Shown in pieces: positions 25,005 to 36,237 of a stretch of 64,000 nt of DNA; the stretch's first letter is position 1, and each line of letters opens with the position of its first letter. The position numbers were made by a program, and so were the translations under genes. Below the pieces are notes generated by a model that saw only the letters and a list, made by a program, of their open reading frames with translations, had not been told where the DNA came from and ran no database searches. Source of the stretch: Balamuthia mandrillaris (taxonomy: Eukaryota); the NCBI GenBank assembly GCA_031835245.2, contig JAVKOQ020000107.1:62001-126000 (forward strand), in the 5' to 3' direction.

Positions 25005-25908
25005 ACATTCCCTTTTCGGATTGTTATTTACTTTATTGAACAACCCAAACAACAGCAGCAATGGCTTCACCTTTGAAGGCATTTGGACTGATGTACGCAT
25101 TGCACTTGTTTGTTTGTTTTACCCTCAGCTTCGATTGTAGGAGTGATTAAAAAAAACTAAATAGGGAGAGCTGCAAAGTCAAGGCCGCAAATGGTGGGGA
25201 GACGCTGGAAAGTTAGAGCTGTACGAAGGTATACTCTTTTTTCTTCCTTCTCTTCTTTGATACGCGAAATGGAAAAAACGAAACCTCATCTACAAACAGG
25301 AACCTTTAAAGACACGCGTGCCGAAGGTTTTGGTGAAAGAACTTATGGCAATGGCGCCAAGTATTATGTATACATTCCCGTCTCTTCTCTTCTCTCTCTC
25401 TCTCTCTCTCTGTTCTTCCTCTCTCGTGTTTTTTGGTGTTTTAACAGCTTAGTTTCTGATCTCATCCGACAGGGATATTACCAGGCGGATAGGAGAGTAG
25501 GCACGGGCTGCTATGTATGGCCAAACGGAGATCAGTTCTTTGGAAACTTTCAGGTGCGTTTTTTTAGCCTTCGCATCCTTTCATTTCTTTCTTTCGTGCC
25601 AACTCAAAAACAAACAATAACAGGTGGGTCGAGCCAAAGGAAGGTTCATCCGTGCTTCCGATGGCAAAGAGTTTCAACAAGAGTGGAACGAAGCTAGAAT
25701 GGATCCAACAGTGACACAAACACCAAACGACGTTGAGGTGACCAACAAGCAACATCTCGTGAAGAACGCTGCCGCCATTGTCACAGAGCTAAACACTTGG
25801 AAGCCCGGAGCCGAGAAGCCGGATGTACGACCTCCTTTGCCCATTCCTCCTCCTCCCGAGTTCTTCGAGAGCCTTCAAGCCGTTCTCCTGAAGCATCATG
25901 TTTGCTGA
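23282..25908 (+). CDS. F-box plus MORN-repeat protein
   Basis: Spliced F-box LPQEVLLR|TFSFLPVKDVANVSLTCHECKNLA|EDDIYLWRKLA; MORN repeats YRGEWKDGKKHGKG, YVGDWEEDKQSGEG, YKGSWKNGAQEGFG, GYYQADRRVGTG. Confidence 0.85.
23792..24201. repeat. ~410-bp intronic (CTT/CTTGTT)n microsatellite in the F-box-MORN gene
   Basis: Read directly; creates spurious poly-L/S/F/E/R ORFs. Confidence 0.95.
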
Positions 25909-26009
25909 AACAGAGAACTCCTTTCTCTCTTATTGTAATGAGTAATAAAAATAATAATAATATAAAACAACAAAAAAGAAGAAACATAGAAAAGAAGAGA
26001 GAAAGCAGG

Positions 26010-28061
26010 ATGCGTCGATGGTTGAAAGAAAAGCTGGGCAGCAAACGAGACCCCGTTCCTTGCACCATTCGCATCGTGCGTTGTTTGCTTCTTCTTCTTC
26101 TTCTTCTTCTTCCTCTATCTTTTCTTTCCTGTGTAACGCATTGTGCTGTAATGCATCATCAATAAGGGGGTTCTGCCGCTCTTATCCGGAGTCCCAAGTG
26201 GCGTCATTGCCTTGATATACCGTTACGTGACCGGCCTATTTGTACGTTACATATAAGCTCCTCGACGTCTTATCATGCTTCTCCCTCGCTCTTTGTTCTC
26301 ATTGCTGCTTCTCTCTCCTCTCTCGCTCTCTTTCCTCTCACGCTCTCTCCACAGTTACAAGAGGATGCATATGAAGCGCTATACGATTACCAAGATTGGG
26401 TAAAGCCGGTGCACCAAGCAGGAGAAGGAGACGAACCCGAAAGAGCCCTGTTGGTTGCTCTTCCGTTCGACTACTATCGCCACCATCCCGCCGCATACGA
26501 CTATTACCACAGCATAGTTGCTGTTCACATGTTTTGCGTGGACCTCTCACGTCCTCTTTCTTCTTCGACTTCTTCTGACCGTGACAGCCATTCCTCCATA
26601 CAAACGATGCTATCTCATATCCAGCAACTTCAACAGCAAAACCAAAGTAACAAGCACGAGAGGAGAGCACACTGCGTGTTGGCTGGAACCAAGAGCGACT
26701 TGCAACCACGTCGAGTGAGCAACGAGCAGATGGGCGAGCTGTGCGAATGGCTCAACGTTGATCGATGGATAGACACCAGCGCCAAGACGGGAGAGGGAGT
26801 GGAGGAGGCCTTCGCAGAGGCTCTTCGCTTGGCCGAGAAGGAGCAGAGAGCAAACATAATGTTGGAGAACGAAGAACGGACTGGACTGCCGACGGCGTCA
26901 CGGTTTAGGATAAAGGAAAGAGCATCGACTATGAAGGAGGACATGATGACTGCTTTGGAGATGGCTCGACATTTTGGAGATGTAGAGTTTACCATTCACC
27001 AGAAGCAAGAAGAACAAGAACAGGACAAGAAGGAAGAACAAGAAGAAAAAGAAGAAGCAGAAGACAAACATGTTAGTAACATTCCAGCCAATCTGGTCAT
27101 TCTGTTGTGCAGATGTCCTTCTTTGATGAAGCATATGAAAGAAGGAGAGAAGCAGGCGGTGATCAAGGGTGTATCTGCGGAGGTGATGCGGAGCTTGTTA
27201 CAGTATATCTACAGCAAGACGTTTCCTCCGGACCTATCAACGGATGAGAAGCACATTCGTCAGGTGATGGATGCAGCTAAACGGTTCGAGATCTTCTCTC
27301 TAGTTGGTCTTTGTAAACAAATGACTAACGCCAAAGCGGAAGAGGATGAGGATGAAGAAGAAGAACAGGACAACGTTAGAAAAACATTTGTTCATTTGGT
27401 CAGGAGCGAAAAGAAGGAAAGAAGAAGAGAAGAAGAAGACCTAGAAGAGCACTTTAAAATGGTGGTGAATGCTTCCGTCTACAGTGACGTCAAGTTCCTC
27501 TTTCCTCCTCAAGAGAACAACCACGACAAAGAGATGAAGAAGACAAAGAAGCAACACGATAAAGAACATGAAGAGCATTACAACGATTCGCAACAACGTA
27601 CCATTTATGCTCACAAAGTAATCCTTGCCAGCCGGTGCTCCTACTTTCGCAGCCTCTTCCTGGGCAACTTTCAGGAGAAAGAGAAAGATGCCTTCGAGGT
27701 TCACGACATTCCCTACGACACCTTCCTTACATTACTCGCTTTTCTTTACACCGACCAGCTCTCCTTTTCTTCTTCTTCTCCTTCGTTGTGTTCTTCTTTG
27801 GAGTTGATGGTTGCAGCGGATCGTTACGGAGTGGATCGGCTGGTTGAAAAGTGTTGCAACTGTTTCATCGATGGTTTGGATGAAGAGAACGTGGTGCAAG
27901 TCATAAAGTGGAGCAGAGAGCTCTCTTTGGAGCAGCTAAAGGCGGCCTGTTTGCAGTACATGCTGAGATGGATGCAACTGCATCCCCAAAGCAAGAAAGA
28001 GCTTGAAAAGAAGTTGGACGATGCTACAAGACAAGAACTCCGTCAATGTATGCCAGAGTAA
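26010..28061 (+). CDS. RhoBTB-like protein: degenerate Ras-superfamily GTPase domain plus two BTB/POZ domains
   Basis: G4 VLAGTKSDL and G5 DTSAKTGEGVEEAF retained. BTB1: FGDVEF..IPANLVILLCRCPSL..LLQYIYS. BTB2: YSDVKF..IYAHKVILASRCSYFRSLFLGNFQE..FLYTD..ADRYGVDRL. Confidence 0.85.
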
Positions 28062-28196
28062 AACTCTGCAGAAGAAGAAGGAACGAATCCATGTTAAATA
28101 ACAAAAACAAACACAAGCACAGAGCGTGAAAGCGAAAAAGGCCTTCACTTTTTTGTTTCCCGCCTCCCTTGTTCCTCGTTAAAGTCGACTTCGGAA

Positions 28197-31160
28197 TCAA
28201 GAAGAAGGTTGAAGCTTTCGATAGAGCTCACGTGCAAACATATTGGTAGAAGCTTTGTTCCGCAGAGCAACGAGCAAACGATGAAGAGAGGATCCGATCT
28301 CCTGTCTTATGAGCTCCGCTCTTCCGCTGTCCTCTTCTTCTTCTTCTTCTCCTTTCTCTCCCTTTTCTCCACTTCCCCCAATCCCTTCTGTCTCTGCCTT
28401 TTTGGCGAGGTTGAAGAGGTTGGCCGCTAATGTTGCTGATTTGGCGTTTAACTCCGCCAAGCAGATCGTATGCTCGAAGAGTGCTAATGCTAATGCCACT
28501 TGTTCTCTCTTTGCCTAAGAGGAACAACAACAGAAAAAAGGGTGAGAAGGAGCGAGAGAAGAGACTAGGGAAGGGAGGGAGGGAGGGAGGGGGAGGGAGG
28601 GAGGGAGGGGGAGGGAGGGAGGGAGGGAGGGAGGGAGGGAGGGAGGGAGGGAGGGAGGGAGGGAGGGAGGGAGGGGGAGGGAGGGAGGGGGAGGGAGGGG
28701 AGGGAGGGAGGGAGGGAGAGAGAGAGAGAGAGAGAGAGAGGAGGGAGAGAGAAAGAAGTACCGTGGCAGTATTGGTTTTCTTGAGAGCAGCGAGTTGCTG
28801 TAAGATGAGTTCGATGAGTTTGTCAATAATCATTTCGAGTTCTTTGCGAGCTGCCGGGTCGTCTCCGTACAACACATCATTCGACTCCACTGTAAGCGAG
28901 AAAGAAAGAAAGGAAGTTAAATTTAGTGATAGAGAAGTGAGAGAAGAAAAAGCGAAATCATACGCCCGTTAATGTGATAAGGAAGCTTATCCTGATAATG
29001 TGCACAGAACATGGACAACAAAGCTAACAGAGCATAAGACTTGTAGCCGGTGGTGGCCTCCCACTCGCGGTCTTGCACCACTTTAACCAAGCCTTTGATG
29101 AGGTAGAAGGGGCCATGCTCGGGATGGCCTGGCGCCACAACCAGCACGGCAGAGAAGTGCTGAATCACGGAGAGAAGCATTGGATCCGTGTTCTTGCGTC
29201 GAGTTGTGGAATATTCATCCTCTTTTGAAAAGAAAGTTAGGAGAGAAAGAAAGAAAGTTGAAATTAGTGAGAAAAAGTGCACCAATAGACGATGGAACTT
29301 CTTGAATGAGAGCAATGGCGGCTTTGAGGAGGGAATCAGCTTGTGGAAGAGCTTGGTTCATGAAGGCCACTTGGGCAGCAAGCAGGTAAAGATGAAGTCT
29401 AGCAAATACATCATCCATAGAGGGAATCGTGATGAAACTGTAAGCTATGCACGCCTGTAGATATCGTCGTTAACACTTTGAGCAATGAGAGAGAGAGAGA
29501 GAAGACACGTACGCGAACAAAGGCAGCTGTCTTTTTGGTGTGACGACCGTGAACGAGAGAAAGTGTCCTCATCGCTAAATTGCAGGCGGCGAGTACCATG
29601 TGGCTCTTCACTGCGTCCAAGTTGGCAAATGCGCGCCGACAATCCACCAAAAAGTCCAAATGTTTCACCACTTCTTGTCCAAAATCGATCTTTTTTGTTT
29701 GACGAGTCAGACAAGTAAGAAGAAAAGAGGAGACAAAGAATGAACCTTATGAATAAAGTCAGCGATTAAAACGGATATCTGTCGTACTTCATCTGCAAAG
29801 GTGAGCGTGTTGACAGAGTCGTGCACCACTTTGGCCACTTGAAACATGCTGTTGATGAGAACGGGGTCTTGGGCACTGGATATCGGCTGATGACGAGAAA
29901 ACGCGGCCAACACCGACTTGTTCACTTCCACTTTTGTGGAACCAGAAAACATGTCCAAAATGGGCATGAAGTTGCTCTAAAAATAAGGTTTAGATTTGCA
30001 GGAAGAAAAGAAAAAAAAAAGGAGAGAAAGAACCAACCATTGCAAAGAGAGAAGCAAAGTCATGATACTCAGCAAGGACCTTGCCAACAATTGACTGAAG
30101 TGGCGTCATAAGATTTTCATATGCTTTATCCACCTTCATGTGCTTCACTAGGTCTCCCAACAAAGTGTTCACCTCTCGAGCAGTGAGCAGCTTGATGGGA
30201 TAGTCTATCCAAACGTCAACCACCGAGGCGTAATCCTTTGGATCTTTGATCTTGGTCACCACTTTCCAAACCTCCTTCAGAAGAGCCAACCTGTCCTCCT
30301 CTTTAGGTGGCGCCAAATTGACACAGGTTCCCAATGCGTTGTATAGTTTAAACTGTGAAGGAAAGCAAGAATATGAAAAAGTAAGAACACAAGGAAGAAA
30401 GGCGAAGGAGAACGGAGAAAGAGATTACTTTGGGATAAGTTTCGCCATCAGACTCTTTGATGAGCTGTGCAATTTGAAGTGCTTTTTGGGAGATGAACTC
30501 CGGTTGGAACGACGATATGATGTGGTACAACACCAACGAATGCGGTTGACTCGTAGTATACTTATTCAACGTCTCTTCGAAAGTAGTCTGTATACACAAC
30601 GTAAACAAGTCAAAAGAGGAACACAAGACAAAAAAAAATACAAATAATTAAAACAAACCAGTTGACCATCGCCAGCAATGCATTGAAGCAACCACTCAAC
30701 GGCAGGCGAGAACAAATGCACATAACTGGCCATGGTGAAGCGATGTTTCTCGGTAATCTCCTTCACGAAATAGGGCCTTCCAAACGCCGTCTTCATGTTA
30801 TAAAGATGGTCATCAAAGCTGAGAAAGAGGTGATCGCGAAAAGTGGGAGACACTTCCTTTGCCTTACGCGCCAAGTAACAGAGGGCATAAGAAGCCACCA
30901 AAGGGTCGCCAATACCCCTCATCATCAAGCAAAGACGATTGATGATGTCGGGATAAGGGTTGGCAGAGAGGAAGGAGTAGGACTTAATCAGCGCTAGTTC
31001 TACGTAGATACGGGGCAGCAGCTCGCGGATGGACGCTATTTTGAAGAACCAGTTTCTGCAAGTCTCTCTTGCCGTCTCGGAGACGTCTTTTGCATCAAAA
31101 TTTTCTATGTATTTGAGAGAATGAATAAAGTTTAGTCTCCCCTTGTTTTGTTATCTTTCT

Positions 31161-31205
<45 letters not shown>

Positions 31206-32652
31206 CTCTCTTTCTTTGAAATAGCTCTTTTTTTTCTTTAAAAAAAACATACCAGCCAATGGCACTTTGTTACCAGAGGTGGCATCACGAACACTGGCTC
31301 GATTCAAGATACGTTTGAAGACCAAGTCACCAAATGTGTCCAATATCTCGGTGATGAGCACCCATTTGCTGGGATAGAACTTAATCACCGAGTTGTCCAA
31401 CAGCAGCTTTGCAGCCTTTTTAAATAAAACAAAACATAAATAAGAGAGCTAAGATAAAGCACAAAGAACAAAGCAAGAGACCTGAATGACAATTTTGAGG
31501 GACTTGACCCTTTCTTCCTTCTTCCAAGCAGCGCTCAACATCTCGTGCAGGTTTTCAATGTGAGTGATGTAATCCTTCTGCGACATTTTGAGGAACTCCT
31601 TCTCCTGCTTCTCCTCCGACTCCTCCAATTGTTCCAGCCTCTGCTTGGTCTTGTCCGATGGAAGAGCAGCTATTTCAAAAAACAACAACAACAAAAATAA
31701 ATAAAAGTTAGAAGAAGAAGAAATAGAAGAAGAAGAAATAGAAGAAGAAGAAGAAGAAGAAGAAGAAGAACTAGAAGAAGAACAAGAAGAAGAAGAACAA
31801 GAAGAAGAACAAGAACAAGAACAAGAACAAGAACAAGAAGAAGAAGTGAACATAACGAGAACAAAAATAACAAGAATTACAGTATGAGACAAAGAGAAAA
31901 ACGCGACAAAAGAGAGAAGAGAAGCAAGAGAGAGAGAGAAACGAGAAAAGCGAGAAGCATAAAAAAAGAAAGAGACAGAGAGAAAAAAAAGCGAGAAAAA
32001 GATAGAAGAGAGATCGAGAGAATAGAAAGGCAGCAAAAGGGAAGATGCTCTGCGCACCTTTGCTCTCTGTCTCCATAAACTTGACCTGAATGCCGACCTC
32101 CTCGTCGGTAGTGTAGGTCTGCAGGATGTCCTTCTTGCGAAGGGACCAAGGCATGACGCTCTCCTCCAACAACTGGCGGTAATAGCTGGCATCGTCCTCT
32201 CCCGCGTCCACCTGTTTCGCCTTTTTCTCCACAGCAACGGCAGAAGAAGAGGAGGAAGAAGCAGAAGAAGCAGAGGAAGAACCACCGCTCATGAGAGGAT
32301 CAATAAAGCCGTTTGTTTTCGTGGTGGTGGACGAAGAGGAAGGACCCATGAGAGGATCATCAAAAGAAGGAGCGGAGGAGGAGGCTCCCAATGGATCGAT
32401 CACAGAGGAGGAGGGGAGAGAAGGAGAGGAGGCGCCGAGAGGGTCAAAGGAGCCGCTCGACCCATTTGTGGAGGCCGTGGAGGAAGCAACAACCGGGGAA
32501 GCATTCGAAGAAGAGGCAGAGGCGTGGGCTTGGGGGGAGTGCTTTGGTTTGTGGAGGAGGGGATGATCTTCGGTGGGCTCGCGCTCGAGCGCGCACTCGT
32601 CGGCTTCTCCTGCGTAGTCCCTTAGGCGTGGTCTCCACTCAAAATCCGCCAT
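28197..32652 (-). CDS. VPS35L: VPS35-like endosomal Retriever complex subunit (C16orf62)
   Basis: W.PRLRDY..E...DHPL N-terminus, DPL repeats, [70 protein letters not shown]. Confidence 0.93.
28567..28750. repeat. (GGGA)n G-rich tract plus (GA)n in a VPS35L intron; G-quadruplex potential
   Basis: Dozens of GGG runs separated by single A. Confidence 0.9.
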
Positions 32653-32981
32653 GGCTCCGAGAAGAGAACGAGAGGGAAAAAAAAAAGAAGAGGTTGGTGA
32701 AAGGAGGGACGGACGACGACGAGGAAGAAGTGAGCGAGGCAACTTTTTCTTCTTCCTTTTCTTCTTTCTTTTTTTTAATGTTTTTATTTCGATAATTATC
32801 AACTTTTTTCTTTTTTAATCAAAATTTTATTCGATAATTATCAATTTTTAGCGGTTATCGTTGAAGTATCATTCGTGACGACGTGGAAATAGATCATAAG
32901 ATCGAAAGTTCTATTTGATTTTTGATTGGTTATTTTCCCCCATATTGAGCTTTTCTCTCGCAGCAAACGTGAAGAGTGTAT

Positions 32982-34333
32982 TCATGGACAAGGAGGCGCA
33001 TTTTGTTGAAGGAACAAGGAGGCACCTTCTGCAGATAAGTGAGGCGAGACTGGAACTTCTGTTTCAAGACTTTTTAAAAAATAAAATGGGGTAATTGTTA
33101 GCCATTCATTGAAAAAAAGAACAAGAAGAAGGCACCAGAAGAAGAAGAAGAAGAAGAAGAAGAAGAAGAAGAAGAAGAAGAAGAAGAAGAAGAAGAAGAA
33201 GAAGAACAAGGAGAAGAACAAGAGAAGAAGAAAGAAGAGCAGGAGTAGCAAGAAGAGAGATACCTCAATCTAGCGGCATACATTCCAGCAAAGGCAGCCT
33301 CCCTGTGGCTCTTGCCTTGAAGAATGGCCCACACAGCACCACCCACAAAACTATCACCTACATAAGCCAAAAAAAATAAATAAAATAAAATAAATATCAT
33401 CAAACAAAATCACACTCAAAAAATAAATATACGATAACACAAAGACGATATAAGAATAGGAGAATTACAAACCTGCGCCGGTAACGCTGACTATAGACTG
33501 TACGGGAGGAGGTCTAAAGTGTTGAAACCGATGTTGGCAGCAACTTCCCTTCTCTCCCTCCATACGGTGATCGTCACCGCGTTCCGCCAAGAGCACTCCT
33601 TCCGCTCCCATCGTCACGAATAGGCAGGAAAGACCAGCATCCAACAAACGAGCAGCATGAAGCTTGATTGTCTCCAAGTCGATGTTTGTTTCCGATAACA
33701 CATCCTCCTCTTTTGTTGCTTTGTCTTTTTGTTGTTGATAAGCGGTAGACATGGCGATCAACTCGGAGACATTTGGGGAGGCGTAGGAAAGGTGAGCAAG
33801 TGCGTTGGCCTCGATGGCTTTGGCAGATTTGGCCACTGATGTTGGCTCAAACCAAACTTCAATACATAGAGTTAGAGATGGATATTAAAAACGGAAAGAG
33901 ATGAGAGAGAGAGAGAGAGAAGAGAATACGTTTGGGTTTGGGAGTAACGGATGAAGTTATGTTGCAGAGAGTGCGCAATGCCTCCGCAGTGATGTTGGCA
34001 TCAACCACCACTATGGCTGCCTTTTGTAGGTCTGTCCTGTAACGCTCCAACTGCAGTATGTTGCAATGCTTAAAAATTATTCTCAAAGGCGGGATGAAAG
34101 CAGGATGAAGTACCAGAGAGGGAGATATTTCAGAGGAGGTGATATCCATGGCAGCGACAGCATGCAACATCTCTCCGGTGTGGTCCAACGTGGCCACATA
34201 AACGGCGGTAGAATGGGTGGAAGACTTCAGCACCGCTTCTGAGTTCTTCGTTTGAAGGTTGGGGTATTGTTTTAGCGAGAAAGAAAACAGAGAAGCAGAC
34301 AAGAGGAGAGAGCAGAGTACAAGAGAAGCAGAC

Positions 34334-34366
<33 letters not shown>

Positions 34367-34998
34367 GGAGAAGAGAGAGGTAGAGAGCGAGAGAAGCGAA
34401 CAGAGAAGCAGAGAGCCTCGTACGAGTGGAATGGAGGCAGCGTGAGGCCAGAACGATTGGCCTGCCGGGTCATCCCCTACTGCCGAGATGAACAGGGGAC
34501 GAGCGGAGAGACGGGCCAACGCTTCAGCCATGTTTCTGCATGATAAGAGATCAATGAGAGAGAAGAAAAGCCTACAAAGAGAAGGAGAAAGCAGTAAAAG
34601 GAAGAATGGGGGAAAGAAAGCTAGAAGGGAAGGCGCGCGTACCGACCGACCCCGCCCCATTGCATGTGGACATAACCGGGGTTGGAGGTGCCTTGTCGGA
34701 ACACGATGCCTTCCTTTGGTTTGGCAGCTACATCAAAGGCTGTGCCTCCCACTACTACCACCGACGGTGCTGACGAAAAAGAAGAAGAAGAAGAAAACGA
34801 AGAAGAAGAAGAAGAACAAGAAGAAGAACAAGAACAAGAACAAGAAGAAAGGGCTTGCTGCGATGATGAAGTTGTTGCTGCTACATAAAGCTTAGAGTGA
34901 AGAGTGTGTGACATAGGAAACAGTTGTGCCTGAAGGGCAAACAACCGCCTCACCGGCGTGGTCCTCCGCTGCTCCTTGTGGACCTTGGCCCGTTCCAT
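32982..34998 (-). CDS. PfkB-family carbohydrate kinase, pseudouridine kinase-like
   Basis: VVVGG..FD, GTSNPG..QWGGVGRNMAEALARL, ISAVGDDPAG, VVDANI, EPTSVAKS, SPNVSEL, SVTGAGDSFVGG; start codon uncertain. Confidence 0.85.
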
Positions 34999-35036
34999 CT
35001 CTTCCGTCACCTTTTGTTCCTTAACCAAGGATCCAC

Positions 35037-35069
35037 GTCGTCATGATAATTTTCGTGTCGTCATGATAA
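35037..35069. promoter_or_regulatory. Direct repeat GTCGTCATGATAA x2 in the divergent PfkB/Cys-rich promoter
   Basis: Copies at 35037-35049 and 35057-35069; related TGACGACGTG at 32876 and 59457. Confidence 0.5.
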
Positions 35070-35342
35070 CAATATTGTAGACACTAGGAGTAGAAACCAC
35101 ATGAAATTCCGATCGATCATAACGAAATTTCGTGTTTTATGCTCACGGAAAGATTTCATTGGTAGATGAGAATAACTCCGAAGCGACAAATTTTTTACCA
35201 TTTATCAAAATAAAAGTGAAGAAAAAGAAGAAAGCGGGGAGAAGCGAGCGAGAGGGATTTTGTGGTTCGTTGGTTGTAGATTTTCTGATTCCTTTGCTCC
35301 TTTTCTTCTGTTCTTTCGTGGGAGGCGTTCAAAAAAAACAAG

Positions 35343-35973
35343 ATGCAGATCACTCGAGTTCTCCTTCTGGTGATGGTCTGTGCATATTCTTCTCCTTCTA
35401 ACCATACCGTCATACTCGCTAACGTTTATGGTGCAGGTGGTGGCAGTGTGCCTAAACCTCGCTCACGCTTTCACGACACCAAGGTATACCCCTGCCTACA
35501 ACTCCAAGCAGGCCTCTCTCCGACAAGAAACCGACGCAACGGAGGAGGACGGCGACGAAGAGTGCATCCCCTGCTACAAAGCCGACGACGAGCCGGTCGT
35601 CCCCTGCTGCTACCTCGGTGACACCTGCTGCTCTGACGGCCTCTCATGCACTCCCCCTGGCGGCGTCTGCTGCGAGGAAGGCCACAGCTGCGATGCCGGT
35701 CAGGTTTGCTGCGGAGCTGCCTGCATGCCCGCCGAAGCCGACTGCTGCGAGCCCAGCAGCACCCACTGCCTGGACGGAAGGCAGTGCGTCGTGGTTGAGG
35801 ATGAGTTCCAATGCGCTTCTGGTGCGTTGTCTTTCTCTGCTCTCCCCCCCGCCTTTGCTTGCACGTCTCACACGTTTCTCTCTCTGTGTCTTCACGGTGA
35901 TGCAGGAGCGTTCTTGAAGCCGGCTTTGGGTGTGTTGGTGGTGTTGTTGGTTACAGTGGTGCTGATGTTGTGA
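35343..35973 (+). CDS. Small cysteine-rich secreted protein with CC repeats and hydrophobic C-terminus (probable GPI/TM anchor)
   Basis: Signal-like MQITRVLLLVM|VVAVCLNLAHA; repeats PCCYLGDTCC, GGVCCEEGHSCDAGQVCC, EADCC; C-terminal LGVLVVLLVTVVLML; two introns. Confidence 0.7.
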
Positions 35974-36163
35974 ACGGATCGAAAAAGAACAAAGGAATAA
36001 AGAAAAAGCAAGAAGCATGAGAACGAAAGAAGAGGAACGAGAGACAGGGGAGAACAATGGAACGAACAAGGAAGAAACAATAGAAACAAACTTCAACTTT
36101 GACAGAGCAAAGAAAGAGAACGGAGAAGAGAGAGGAATATCGAGAATTATTCCTGCCCTTCAC

Positions 36164-36197
<34 letters not shown>

Positions 36198-36237
36198 GAA
36201 AGAGAGAGAATTCGACAAGACAGAAGAGAAACGAGAA

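Noticed and set aside
10818..34998. Functional cluster of RNA-modification genes (GTDC1, pseudouridine kinase)
   Set aside because: 20 kb apart with unrelated genes in between; no evidence of clustering.
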